Translations under genes and position numbers: made by a program
DNA from: Octopus bimaculoides
Taxonomy: Eukaryota
Reading direction: 5' to 3'
Length of the DNA: 64,000 nt
Assembly (NCBI RefSeq): GCF_001194135.2
Contig: NC_068989.1
Location: 73,411,361 to 73,475,360, forward strand
The notes under the pieces: model-generated
Databases searched by the model: none
Seen by the model: only the letters and a program-made list of their open reading frames with translations
What the model was told of the DNA's origin: nothing
In this document: positions 14,016 through 26,100 of the stretch, in pieces
How the letters are laid out: each line of letters opens with the position of its first letter
Position numbering within the stretch: position 1 is the stretch's first letter

Positions 14016-14879
14016 TAGATAAAGTACAGTAAGGAACATTATTTTTTTATATGTAGCATTTTAACAAAGGATTTTTTTCCCTAGTCTAAGTCATAAATTA
14101 CACTGTAATTTTCATTTGTCAACCCTGTGCTACATCCAGTCACTTGCTTATTTGATGTATTATGTATCCCCTTTCTCTCCTACATCTAGTATTATGATTT
14201 TTTTATCACATTAACTTGACTAGTAGGAAACTGCTGTTTGGTGCTGCACCTCTCATCCACTACACTTATCAGTTTATATTACGTATCAACCACATCAGAC
14301 CACAAAATAATCATCATTCACCTTGCACTCTATTTTACACTGACTTTCCCCTCCCACCTCACATCCCTTCCACATCACTTCTTCATTTCATTCCCTTCTC
14401 CATTGGTAATTTTGCAATGGCGGTGACAACTCTTCTATATTTTTTCTCTTTACGAACATGTGTCTGCTTCTCTCCTTGTCTTGACATTGTGTTGTAAGTT
14501 ATAAATGAATGTCACTATCATCCAGATGGTGTCATTTGCTTCCAGTCCTTCTAAATAGGAACATGTCCTGCCAAGAGAAATATTCTCTTGCTTGGAAATG
14601 AGAGTTAGCAGCAAGAAGGGCATCAAGCTGTAGAAAATCTGTCTCAACTAATTTTGACTGAGCCATGCAAGTACGGACTTTAAGTTGATGATGTATATAT
14701 TTATGTGTGTGTGTTTGTGTGTACCTGAGTGTGTGTTTATTTTTAGATATGTTGACATCTACATCAGTAAATTTGAATTTACATTGTAAAGGAATGTAAC
14801 TATCTGCTAGTCTAGTAGACTTTGAAAAAAAAAAAAGATGTATTGAATTCTTCCTGTTACAGAAACTCTAGTTATGGTT

Positions 14880-15320
14880 ATAAAAGTGGTTATATTGATT
14901 GTTTTTGTCCAAAAGAATTCCTGAGTATTTATAACATGGAAGTCACATACCACACAAGTGCAATGGACCTCTGCAGAACATGTGAGAAGAGAGTCGAAAG
15001 TGTGACTCACATTGTTAGTGTTTGTGAAAGTCTTGCGCAGAAAGAAGCCCATAACCTCCACTGACTGCTATGCCGTAAGTATGGATATGAGGTGCTTGGT
15101 ACCATCTTTGGCAATTCTTTAGACTTGCCCTTTCTGTCAGCTTATTCCTTTCTTCCTTGTGATCCCTTTCTGCTGTCTAGATGTCATTGGATATGCACAG
15201 TTGGCAGACATACTCAGAACAGTGCATGCATTGAAGAAGGTGTTGCATCTGCAAGCTGCTTGAAGAAGCTGAGACATGACACATATGACTTAGGACATCA
15301 AAACTAGAGGGAGTCATCAT
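14880..15320 (+). mobile_element. Decayed R4/Dong-like (RLE-type) non-LTR retrotransposon, C-terminal fragment
   Basis: DLCRTCEKRVESVTHIVSVCESLAQKE..H*LLCRKYGYEV matches the CCHC knuckle CRxC..ES/ET.xHIVSxC..LAQKEY..HW.LCRKYG. A downstream segment, QLADILRTVHALKKVLHL, resembles the R4 terminal LLGTAHILRKVL. The endonuclease region appears internally deleted. Confidence 0.8.
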
Positions 15321-16241
15321 AATTGGTAACTATTTTAGGTGTGAGGGTGCAAGTCAATTAAACTGACCCCATTACCTAAATTAATGATGATAATAATGAA
15401 ATGGTAACATTCATTTCTAAGCTAGGTATAAAGCTACACATTTAAAGGGGTGGAAGGTTGAAGGGTACAAGTGTATCATTTGAATATTTTGACCCTCCCC
15501 ACCGACTAAATTGGTACTTATATATTAGTGAGCTCCACTCTGGAGGTGATGAAAGTCAAAATTTATTGATGATATGATGATAATGATGTCAATTAAAGAT
15601 TTTCAATAAAATGGGGATGCCAAACTTACCAAATTCACTTATAATATTTTGTTCCATAACATAATCGGCGGTATCATGGAATGTAATTAATCAGTGCAAA
15701 AGGTGCTCAATTCTATGGTAGCTTCTCTCTGTCACTCTCTCTCTCTCTTCCCCCCTCTCTCTCTTTCTCTTTTGTTTTTTTATCTTTAATAACTTGGCAT
15801 TGCTTCTCTTTATCAGGTGGCAGACAGATGTTTCTCTCTCTCTCTCTCTGTTAAAACTTATGTCCAGATGTGCTGTTTGCTAGTTTTACAGTCAGACATG
15901 TATTCATCATTACCGCTAGTATCGTTTTCCTGGTCAATGAACCATTCAGACACCAGAGCACAGCTCTTGAATTACTTGTCTGTAATCACATTGATTTGCT
16001 GTTGTTAACTTTATTAATGTAACGAAGAAATTGATATATCGGAGAATGCAGTTATATTTGTGCAAATATATTTGTCTGTGTGATGTGTGTGTGTTTATTT
16101 GTGAATGTCTGTATTCTTGTGTAAATATTTGTTAGTATGTGTAAGTTCTTATAGCTTTATCCCTCTCCACTCTGTATATATCTAAATCTTTCTCTTGTTT
16201 TGTACACACACGCACACACACACAGAGTATATTTGTGAATG

Positions 16242-16283
<42 letters not shown>

Positions 16284-17344
16284 NNNNNNNNNNNNNNNNN
16301 NNNNNNNNNNNNNNNNNNNNNNNNNNNNNNNNNNNNNNNNNNNNNNNNNNNNNNNNNNNNNNNNNNNNNNNNNNNNNNNNNNNNNNNNNNNNNNNNNNNN
16401 NNNNNNNNNNNNNNNNNNNNNNNNNNNNNNNNNNNNNNNNNNNNNNNNNNNNNNNNNNNNNNNNNNNNNNNNNNNNNNNNNNNNNNNNNNNNNNNNNNNN
16501 NNNNNNNNNNNNNNNNNNNNNNNNNNNNNNNNNNNNNNNNNNNNNNNNNNNNNNNNNNNNNNNNNNNNNNNNNNNNNNNNNNNNNNNNNNNNNNNNNNNN
16601 NNNNNNNNNNNNNNNNNNNNNNNNNNNNNNNNNNNNNNNNNNNNNNNNNNNNNNNNNNNNNNNNNNNNNNNNNNNNNNNNNNNNNNNNNNNNNNNNNNNN
16701 NNNNNNNNNNNNNNNNNNNNNNNNNNNNNNNNNNNNNNNNNNNNNNNNNNNNNNNNNNNNNNNNNNNNNNNNNNNNNNNNNNNNNNNNNNNNNNNNNNNN
16801 NNNNNNNNNNNNNNNNNNNNNNNNNNNNNNNNNNNNNNNNNNNNNNNNNNNNNNNNNNNNNNNNNNNNNNNNNNNNNNNNNNNNNNNNNNNNNNNNNNNN
16901 NNNNNNNNNNNNNNNNNNNNNNNNNNNNNNNNNNNNNNNNNNNNNNNNNNNNNNNNNNNNNNNNNNNNNNNNNNNNNNNNNNNNNNNNNNNNNNNNNNNN
17001 NNNNNNNNNNNNNNNNNNNNNNNNNNNNNNNNNNNNNNNNNNNNNNNNNNNNNNNNNNNNNNNNNNNNNNNNNNNNNNNNNNNNNNNNNNNNNNNNNNNN
17101 NNNNNNNNNNNNNNNNNNNNNNNNNNNNNNNNNNNNNNNNNNNNNNNNNNNNNNNNNNNNNNNNNNNNNNNNNNNNNNNNNNNNNNNNNNNNNNNNNNNN
17201 NNNNNNNNNNNNNNNNNTAAACATTGTATTTTGAGAAATAACCGGTTTCGTGTTGTCTTTTCAAATTTCTCTACTTCATTGTAACGTGTTCGTTCCAGTC
17301 TGATATATATATATATATATATATATAGCAACCTAAGAGGTATT

Positions 17345-17600
17345 AGTTGGTGTGTGCAAAAGAGAAAACTGCACTGGTTTGGTCATGTGATGTGGATGGA
17401 TGCTGGCTGCTCCATAAAGAAGTGCCGAATACTCAAAGTGGATGGAACATGTGGAAGTGGGAGACCCAGGAAGACATGGGATGAAGTACTGAAGAACAAC
17501 CTCAGGGAGCCGAACCTTTCAGGCAAGATGACAAAGGACCGAGATACCTGACACCTTGCTGTACTCAAGAAGACCTGTATTCTGCAACAGAAATGTTAAA
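17345..17600 (+). mobile_element. RTE-clade LINE 3' fragment
   Basis: ORF 17354-17551 QKRKLHWFGHVMWMD..KKCRILKVDGTCGSGRPRKTWDEVLKNNL matches the RTE C-terminal RLRWFGHV.R..G.R.RGRPRKTW motif. Confidence 0.85.
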
Positions 17601-17644
17601 TCCGATCCTTCTGGTGGTGTAAAGCATGTATGTATGTATGTATT

Positions 17645-17838
17645 GGCCTTCGTGCCGGTGGCACGTAAAAGCACCCACTACACTCTCGGAGTGGTTAGCG
17701 TTAGGAAGGGCATCCAGCTGTAGAAACTCTGCCAAATCAGATTGGAGCCTGGTGTAGCCATCTGGTTCACCAGTCCTCAGTCAAATCATGTAACCCATGC
17801 TAGCATGGAAAGCAGACGTTAAGCGATGATGATGATAA
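17645..17838 (+). mobile_element. Retroposon family C, 5'-truncated
   Basis: Same 3' end as 24822-25038. Confidence 0.85.
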
Positions 17839-18216
17839 TGTATGTGTGTGTGTGTGTATATATATATATATTTATTGTGGCTTTTTATCCTTGTGCTCAT
17901 AGGTACATGAATTTATTTTAAATTACTTGTAACTATGTCCATCTGCAAATAGTGTTGCATGTGTATAATATCTTTATAGGTGTGTGTGTGAGTATGGGTA
18001 TAAAATAATATATATATACACATAATATACATATACACGTGCTTGTGATTGTTTATCTGAAAGAATAGGTGTATTGGTTTAAACCCATATTCTCAGTATT
18101 TTGATGCTAATTATGGTTCGTATGTTCTATTGCCACAATGCTTTGTATTTTAACTAACTCACTTCTCGACCAGTAGCTTGACTGTATGTTTCCAGTTTCC
18201 ATGCACTGTTTCTATC

Positions 18217-18650
18217 CCTTTCATTACTGTATTTCTATTGGAAATACACTGCTTTCGTTTCAATTAATTTTGAAAATAATAAAGAATTTAATAAAATAAT
18301 TTTGATGCCCACCGCTGAAGTGATCCAATAAGATTGAAATCATGTGATCTGGTGGTCTCTGAGCTAGAGTGGCAGGAGTTCTCTCCCACCTGCAATGAAT
18401 ATCGAGTGCGAGAATGAACCGAATAACCAACTGGGAGAGATGTCTTCCTGGGGTTAAAAAAGCAGTATATTCAGTTCTTAGAGAACACCCATGTTAAAGT
18501 AGTGACAGACAGTTTTGATGTCATGCTGGTTTTTGGAATATAAATTAATGTGGAATTTTTAGGCAAGATTTTAATTTTAATCTCTTTAAAACTGTAAGTT
18601 TATAGCATAGAACCAAAGGCAGTCTCAAGTGGGTTATTATCAAAATGGTT
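18217..18650. mobile_element. Family F MITE split by a 205-bp insertion
   Basis: Left part about 18217-18307, right part about 18513-18650. TTTTGATG is duplicated at 18300-18307 and 18513-18520. Confidence 0.6.
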
Positions 18651-19349
18651 AATTAATAATGGTTTCAATAACTTGCATTTTGATTTGATTTGAAATAAAT
18701 TTTCATCCCCTGTAGGCTCTTATCTGTCATTTACTGATTTTGTAGTCTTCATTATCTTTTATTGCCTTTTGTAATTTTTCTTGAAGTCTCTTGTCATCCT
18801 TAATCATCAGTTATGACCCTTTATGTTCTATTCAGAAACCAAATCCTATTAAGGTCAGTTTTCCCTTTCATCTTTCTGGCATCAATAATGATAAAGCATC
18901 AATCAAGTTAGTTTAACAATTAAAGTGATTTTAACATCATTTTGGCTTCTGCTTCATTGCTTTTATTGATGTCACCAAATAGATTAGACCAACAAGGGAG
19001 GCTCTCTGTGTTCAATTGTACCAGCAAGGGAGGTTCTCTATGTGCTCACTTAATCTGCTAGAACTAGCAGCCAAATCACTCTCACTTTGATACTGCCATT
19101 GAAAAAAGAAAAAAAAAAAAAAAGGAATGAAGTCAAACCGCTTAATGTTGTCGAAGATATACTATGTCTGAAAATACTTGATGGTCATGGTTGGAATGTC
19201 TGTGTTCATAGACCTATTTGTTTATGGTTGACTTAACAGCAACTAAATAGATAGTTATCTGTTTTATTCCTTTGATTATTATATGTGTAATTGTAACACA
19301 GTTATCTCTAATGTAGGTTTAATTACCAGTTGAGTGATTTTGTTTTATT

Positions 19350-19452
19350 TATAGATGTTTTCAATCTAGTTTGGATTCTTTGCCATCAAATTTGATGGCA
19401 AAGAATTCAAATTTGATGGCAAAGAATCCAAACTAGATCGAAAACATCTATA
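19350..19452. repeat. Near-perfect palindrome with 41-bp arms and a 21-bp central duplication
   Basis: Arms 19350-19390 and 19412-19452 are reverse complements with one mismatch. Confidence 0.95.
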
Positions 19453-19539
19453 TTTCTTATTCCTGGGATTTTTTGTTCTGCCCTCCTAACCTGGAGTGAG
19501 AGGAACATTATTTATTTTTACTTATTCTTTTGTTCTTGG

Positions 19540-20175
19540 AAGGGTTTCAGTCATTGGACAGTGGCCAAGATGGGGCACTGCTTTCAAGGAATTGGTCAGT
19601 AATATTCAGCCCAGTACTTAATTTGTGAGTCTGGTACATATTTTATCAATCTCTATTAGTCAAACTGGTAGGTTATGGGGACATAAGCAAATAGACATAA
19701 ACTTGGTTTTGAGCAAACACACACATGCACGTGCATGCACACACACACACACACACAGACATGCACATGTCTTTTAATAAGGGAGAAAGCTTTGACCATG
19801 ACTAATCACAGGGCGTCCAAGACCAGTGCAAGGAAGGTCACCTCCATCAAACTAGGGACCTGATCTGAATGCTTGCAAGAGAGTGGACTCCACTAAAACT
19901 ACCCTAGGTGCCAGCTGATAATGTTAAACTGGGTAATGAACTAAGTCTACTACACTTATAAATATATATACATGTGTATTTGTGTGTGTGTGTGTGTGTG
20001 TGTTTGTGTGTACATGATAAGCATCTGCACTGTTTCCATTTATCAAATTTCACTCAGAAGGTACTGGTTAACTTGAGGCTACAGTAGAAGAGATTTGCTG
20101 AAGGTACCATGCAAGGATGGTGGGGGGCCTGAAGTCACTTGGTTGTGAAGCAAACTTCTTAACCACATAGCTAGG
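19540..20175 (-). mobile_element. SINE family B, old copy with about 200 bp of extra sequence in the central microsatellite
   Basis: 3' module at about 19540-19760 and head at about 20020-20175, separated by unrelated sequence at about 19770-19960. Confidence 0.65.
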
Positions 20176-20434
20176 TTTGTGCCTAATATTGAAGTTGCGT
20201 ACAGTACCTAAGTTTCCTGAGCATCAACCATCTAATTACAAACTAGGCTTGTAGTTGTTTAACTTTGGTGATTGGACAAGAATAGAGTCATCAACATTAT
20301 ATAGCAATAATAATTGTTACTTTTTAAAAATTTTATATCAGAATTTGTGCATAGTGAAATCATTGGTTATAGGATTTTAGTGGGCCAATTACTGATTCAC
20401 TGCATTTCTGGTGGGAAGATGATGATGCTAATGA

Positions 20435-21005
20435 ATTCCAATATTTTAAATCTGGGTTTGTCCCCATTAACGGGGGTGGCCGGATCTACTTCACTCTTAC
20501 AGCAACCCCTCTCACATCATTCTGCCATCTTCCTCAAGCCAACCCTCCCAATCTCCTCCTCCACCTGTCTCCTCCACATTTTCTTTGGTTGACCTTACTT
20601 TTGCAGTTCATTCATTTTAAACTCAAGCACTCTCCTCAGAATATAATCCTCATCCCTCCTCAAAACATGTCCATACTACTACACTCCATTTGCCCTTGCC
20701 AGCTGTTCCACCAATTCCTCCAGCCCCAGCATCCCCATCAAGTCCTCAGCCTTCCTTTTATCCAATAGTTTCACACCACACATTGCTCTCACATTTCCTC
20801 TCTCAGTCCTTCTCAAAATTGCCATTTCGCTTTCCCTCTCATTCCCATACAGCATTGCAGATCTCATGCAACTCCAATAAACCCTTCCTTTCTTCTTCAA
20901 TGACAACCTTTTCCCATATAATAATGCTCCACATTCCCTGAACTTCACCCAGCCAAGTCTCACTCTTACTGTCACAGCTGCTTCACATCCACCTATCTCC
21001 AAAAT
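20435..21005 (-). mobile_element. RTE-clade LINE 3' fragment (ORF2 C-terminus plus 3'UTR)
   Basis: ORF 20679-21002 GGCEAAVTVRVRLGWVKFRECGALLYGKRLSLKKKGRVYWSCMRSAMLYG.E..ILRRTERGNVRAMCGVKLLDKRK continues after a stop as YGHVLRRDEDYILRRVLEF..GQPKKMWRRQVEEE. Confidence 0.9.
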
Positions 21006-21266
21006 AACAAAACCCTCTCACCATTTCTACCTTGTCACATAGCATTTCTACTAGTGAGTGACAAGAAAATAGTTTCTAATTCATTGTAAAACACTTTGAT
21101 CAAAGAGCACTGGCTTTTTACTGATGTTTACATCCTTTATCTGTATACAACAGTGAAAGATATATACACACACACACACACATGACAAGTTTCTGCAGTT
21201 TTCATTTACCAAATTCCTCTCACAAAGTATCTGGTAAATGATGGTCACAAGGTGATTTTTCTTTAA

Positions 21267-21486
21267 CCCTTGAGTATTGAGATTACTCTATCATATGTAA
21301 TGCTTGTTCATTCTCATTGTTTTGAATTAATCATGTATTATCTTGTGGCTTCAAGATTTTGATGATGTGATCATATATTTTTAGACTGACATTGTAGAGT
21401 AGATGTGAAAGGCTGGATCTGACTAGTTTGAACATAGAACACGTAGAATATTTGGGCTAGATATGGTCAGTTTAAATACTAAAGGG
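21267..21486. mobile_element. piggyBac-type MITE family G
   Basis: Runs TTAA-CCCTTGAGTATT ... AATACTAAAGGG-CTAA; homologous to 44093-44319. Confidence 0.7.
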
Positions 21487-21559
21487 CTAACCAGATTATA
21501 TGAAGACAAAGTGTCTGATGGCACACCAAATGGATTATTAATTGTTATAATGGGATTCC

Positions 21560-22138
21560 GGATCTTTTTTAAAACGGGGGCCATGTTTTTCATTAATGTT
21601 TTACGTAGTGTTTTTGGTACCGAAAGACTTTCAAACTTCGTATACTTATCTATTTTGTGTTATAGAACAGAAAAATATTTTTGTATTCAAATTTATTTCA
21701 TGTAAAAAATTGTCTTATTTCGATAATTTCAACCAATCACTGACAAGTATTCAGTTGTTTATATTTACTCCTTTGGATGATTAAGCGATGTAAAGCGTAT
21801 TTAATCTCCATACCTTCGTTTTATTTGCTTTTTTCATTTTAAATTTGCTTTAACCCTAACCCTAACCCTAACCCTAACCTTAGGGTTAGGGTTAGGATTA
21901 ATTGTTTCAGAATCGTTTGTTTATGTAGTCGGCACTTAATGTATATCGGCTGAATGGACGTCAGTGATTGGTTGAAATTACAGAAATACGACAACTTTAA
22001 CATGGAATAATTTATGGATTTCTTTTTTTTTAAGAAGACTAAGAGAAAAAGATGTTTTATATGACACATTCTACCAGTGTTCCAAGTTTCAAAGTGTTTC
22101 GTTAATGAAAAATGTGGCCCCCGTTTTAAAAAAGATCC
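21560..22138. mobile_element. Complete non-autonomous DNA transposon (MITE), possibly Merlin-like, with internal head-to-head TTAGGG repeats
   Basis: TIRs of about 37 bp, GGATCTTTTTTAAAACGGGGGCCA(TG/CA)TTTTTCATTAA, with 2 mismatches. An exact 8-bp TSD GGGATTCC lies at 21552-21559 and 22139-22146. There is an internal 20-bp IR AATTTCAACCAATCACTGAC / GTCAGTGATTGGTTGAAATT and a central (TAACCC)n-(TTAGGG)n block at about 21851-21900. Confidence 0.9.
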
Positions 22139-23099
22139 GGGATTCCTTATCTAACTTGTTTTACATCAGGTAACATGCTTTTTTACTTTTCATTTTGTAT
22201 TTTTCTTCTCATGAAGCCTGCGACATTTCTCTGTAAGTTAATTGATGCCATTGTTGCTGTTATTGTGTTTTAATGTGCTTGTGGTTTTTATTATTGTTGT
22301 TTTGATATAAAAGTTGGTTTGCCAATCTTCTAAATAATGTCACCTTTTAACATAAAGTCTAAAATTACGATTTCAAAGGGTAACGGGAACAGTTTAAAGG
22401 CAGTTATGTTTCTGGAGTGTTAATTGCTATTATCTGAGACCTTCCTATTTCTGTTTGCTGTTGCCAATGAACACATATATGTTTGTGCTTATAAGCAAAT
22501 GAATGGCAAATACGAACAAATATTTTATTTTAAAGCAAATTATAAACATTCTGTCTGTCAAAGTGTAATGTGATAATGTTATATGTTAAATGCAAGGCTA
22601 ATAGTGTGCAAGGGACAGCTGGAGATGAAAGAAAAAACTGAAGGCAAAATCTATGTATCAGTCACTTTTTCATCAAATAAAGGGCAAAGAACTTTTTTAG
22701 TACCAGGGCTGAATCACAGGTTATGGGCTTTTTATTAACAGTTCTGATAAAAATACTCTTTCATTAATTTTACAAATTCTTGGGCATATAACTTGTTAGT
22801 TATGCAATATCAAATGCATTGGTATGGCATATTGAATTTCTGTGTTATTGTTAATGCTTAAAACTTTTTTTTTGTTCATATGGGCTTTCTTCAGCAGATG
22901 ATTTTAAATTTGTTTTTCATGAAATTTTACTCCTTCAAGTAAGGAGTTTTCAACATTTGGGTTGTTGTGACATACCTAACATAATATTGATTAAATACAA
23001 TATAGATAGCCACTATTCTGTTTTTTGATATTGAGGTTACAATTGTTCAATCAATTGAATTACATGCCCCTGAATTGGATCCTGCATATTGTGTTTGCT

Positions 23100-23240
23100 T
23101 CTCTGAGGATCCAGCTGGCGTCATGGCTTGTATTGATTAGCTACATACCACGTGGTCATAGCAGATGAGGAAGGATCTTGCAGAGATGAGAACTGACTGG
23201 GATACTGCTAGGAGTGTTGCCTGGAATGACCTGAGAAATT
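23100..23240 (+). mobile_element. Short decayed RTE-like 3' fragment
   Basis: TTWS*QMRKDLAEMRTDWDTARSVAWND resembles the RTE terminal RPRTTW..Q...DL..MG..W..A segment. Confidence 0.4.
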
Positions 23241-24569
23241 CCAACAAATGGCAAGTGCATTCAGAGTTCAAATCCTGCTGAGGTCAACTTTTGCCTTTTA
23301 TCCTTTTGAGAGTTGATAAATAAAGTACCAGCCCTGAGTGAGGAAATTAGTAATAATTGTCAGAATGTTGGATGAGATGCCTAGGGATATTTGTTCTGAC
23401 TGTTTGCTTTCTGAATTTTTGCTGAGTTTAATACCACTATTTGGTCTTCAGGTCTCATTGAGTGCAAACATTTGGGTCTAGGATAAACCCTTCCTTGTCT
23501 TCAACCAATCTTGGAAGCCTTGAAAAAGGAATGACAAATCCCCCCCCCCCCATCACACATGTATACATAAATATACATTCAGCACATTTAGTAAGAATTA
23601 CATGGTAGTATTTATTTAATTACAGTTTGACTTGGCTCCATGCAACTTGAAGGGTTTCTGGGTCTGATGAGTTAAGTTTAATGGATGAGCCTTTGAAACT
23701 TTAAGCTGCATAGTGTTGAATCAAACTGTTATTATATATNNNNNNNNNNNNNNNNNNNNNNNNNNNNNNNNNNNNNNNNNNNNNNNNNNNNNNNNNNNNN
23801 NNNNNNNNNNNNNNNNNNNNNNNNNNNNNNNNNNNNNNNNNNNNNNNNNNNNNNNNNNNNNNNNNNNNNNNNNNNNNNNNNNNNNNNNNNNNNNNNNNNN
23901 NNNNNNNNNNNNNNNNNNNNNNNNNNNNNNNNNNNNNNNNNNNNNNNNNNNNNNNNNNNNNNNNNNNNNNNNNNNNNNNNNNNNNNNNNNNNNNNNNNNN
24001 NNNNNNNNNNNNNNNNNNNNNNNNNNNNNNNNNNNNNNNNNNNNNNNNNNNNNNNNNNNNNNNNNNNNNNNNNNNNNNNNNNNNNNNNNNNNNNNNNNNN
24101 NNNNNNNNNNNNNNNNNNNNNNNNNNNNNNNNNNNNNNNNNNNNNNNNNNNNNNNNNNNNNNNNNNNNNNNNNNNNNNNNNNNNNNNNNNNNNNNNNNNN
24201 NNNNNNNNNNNNNNNNNNNNNNNNNNNNNNNNNNNNNNNNNNNNNNNNNNNNNNNNNNNNNNNNNNNNNNNNNNNNNNNNNNNNNNNNNNNNNNNNNNNN
24301 NNNNNNNNNNNNNNNNNNNNNNNNNNNNNNNNNNNNNNNNNNNNNNNNNNNNNNNNNNNNNNNNNNNNNNNNNNNNNNNNNNNNNNNNNNNNNNNNNNNN
24401 NNNNNNNNNNNNNNNNNNNNNNNNNNNNNNNNNNNNNNNNNNNNNNNNNNNNNNNNNNNNNNNNNNNNNNNNNNNNNNNNNNNNNNNNNNNNNNNNNNNN
24501 ATATATATATATATATATATATATAATCGTCACTAAAGTGACCTTAATAATCTATTATCTATCTATTTA

Positions 24570-24603
<34 letters not shown>

Positions 24604-24821
24604 CACTCAAATGCATACACACACAGCAACTCACAGATGCACACACATACAGTTACACACACACACACGCATACACAAACACCCACTCTCACACACGCAT
24701 ACACAAACAACCACTCTCACATACACATACACAAACAACCACCCTCACACATGCATACGTACGTGCACAAAAATCTCTTTATCTATGTGTAGATAGATAG
24801 ATAGATAATATGTATCTATTG

Positions 24822-25038
24822 CCAGTACCACCTGACTGGCCTTCGTGCCGGTGGCGCATAAAAGCACCCACTACACTCTCGGAATGGTTGGCGTTAGGAA
24901 GGGCATCCAGCTGTAGAAACCCTGCTAAGTCAGATTGGAGCCTGGTGTAGCCATCTGGTTTCACCAGTCCTCAGTCAAATCGTCCAACCCATGCTAGCAT
25001 GGAAAGCGGACGTTAAACGACGATGATGATGATGATGA
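24822..25038 (+). mobile_element. Retroposon family C (no tRNA head seen, (GAT)n tail), 5'-truncated
   Basis: Contains GGTTGGCGTTAGGAAGGGCATCCAGCTGTAGAAAC...CATGCTAGCATGGAAAGCGGACGTTAAACGACGATGATG; multiple copies in the window. Confidence 0.85.
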
Positions 25039-25853
25039 TATACATATATATCTTGGCTGTCACCTTTTCCCTCATCCATTGTAGGAGTTCCTGAAAAGGT
25101 TTCTAAAGGTTGCCTTTTTCCTCCTGACTCTCCCAACAGAAGAGTGTAAATAAGTAAATAAATAAAAACCATAATCTGTAGATTCTTTACNNNNNNNNNN
25201 NNNNNNNNNNNNNNNNNNNNNNNNNNNNNNNNNNNNNNNNNNNNNNNNNNNNNNNNNNNNNNNNNNNNNNNNNNNNNNNNNNNNNNNNNNNNNNNNNNNN
25301 NNNNNNNNNNNNNNNNNNNNNNNNNNNNNNNNNNNNNNNNNNNNNNNNNNNNNNNNNNNNNNNNNNNNNNNNNNNNNNNNNNNNNNNNNNNNNNNNNNNN
25401 NNNNNNNNNNNNNNNNNNNNNNNNNNNNNNNNNNNNNNNNNNNNNNNNNNNNNNNNNNNNNNNNNNNNNNNNNNNNNNNNNNNNNNNNNNNNNNNNNNNN
25501 NNNNNNNNNNNNNNNNNNNNNNNNNNNNNNNNNNNNNNNNNNNNNNNNNNNNNNNNNNNNNNNNNNNNNNNNNNNNNNNNNNNNNNNNNNNNNNNNNNNN
25601 NNNNNNNNNNNNNNNNNNNNNNNNNNNNNNNNNNNNNNNNNNNNNNNNNNNNNNNNNNNNNNNNNNNNNNNNNNNNNNNNNNNNNNNNNNNNNNNNNNNN
25701 NNNNNNNNNNNNNNNNNNNNNNNNNNNNNNNNNNNNNNNNNNNNNNNNNNNNNNNNNNNNNNNNNNNNNNNNNNNNNNNNNNNNNNNNNNNNNNNNNNNN
25801 NNNNNNNNNNNNNNNNNNNNNNNNNNNNNNNNNNNNNNNNNNNNNNNNNNNNN

Positions 25854-26100
25854 CTGTACTCTTTCACCACAACTTTCTCTCACTCTTACTTCCTGTTTCT
25901 GTTGTGCCTGTAATGCAAAAGGGTCAGCCTTGTCACACTGTGTCATGCTGAATATCCCCGAGAACTACGTTAAGGGTACACGTGTCTGTGGAGTGCTCAG
26001 CCACTTGCACGTTAATTTCACGAGCAGACTGTTCCGTTGATCGGATCAACTGGAACCCTCGACGTCATAAGCGACGGAGTGACAACAACAACAACAACAA
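25854..26100 (+). mobile_element. SINE family D, 5' end lost in the gap
   Basis: Near-identical to the 3' part of 31222-31594, with an (AAC)n tail. Confidence 0.85.

Noticed and set aside
16132-17331. Long ORFs of 200-400 aa here and at 23713, 24975, 48892, 51203 and 62396
   Set aside because: They are open only because they run through N gaps and TA/CA microsatellites.
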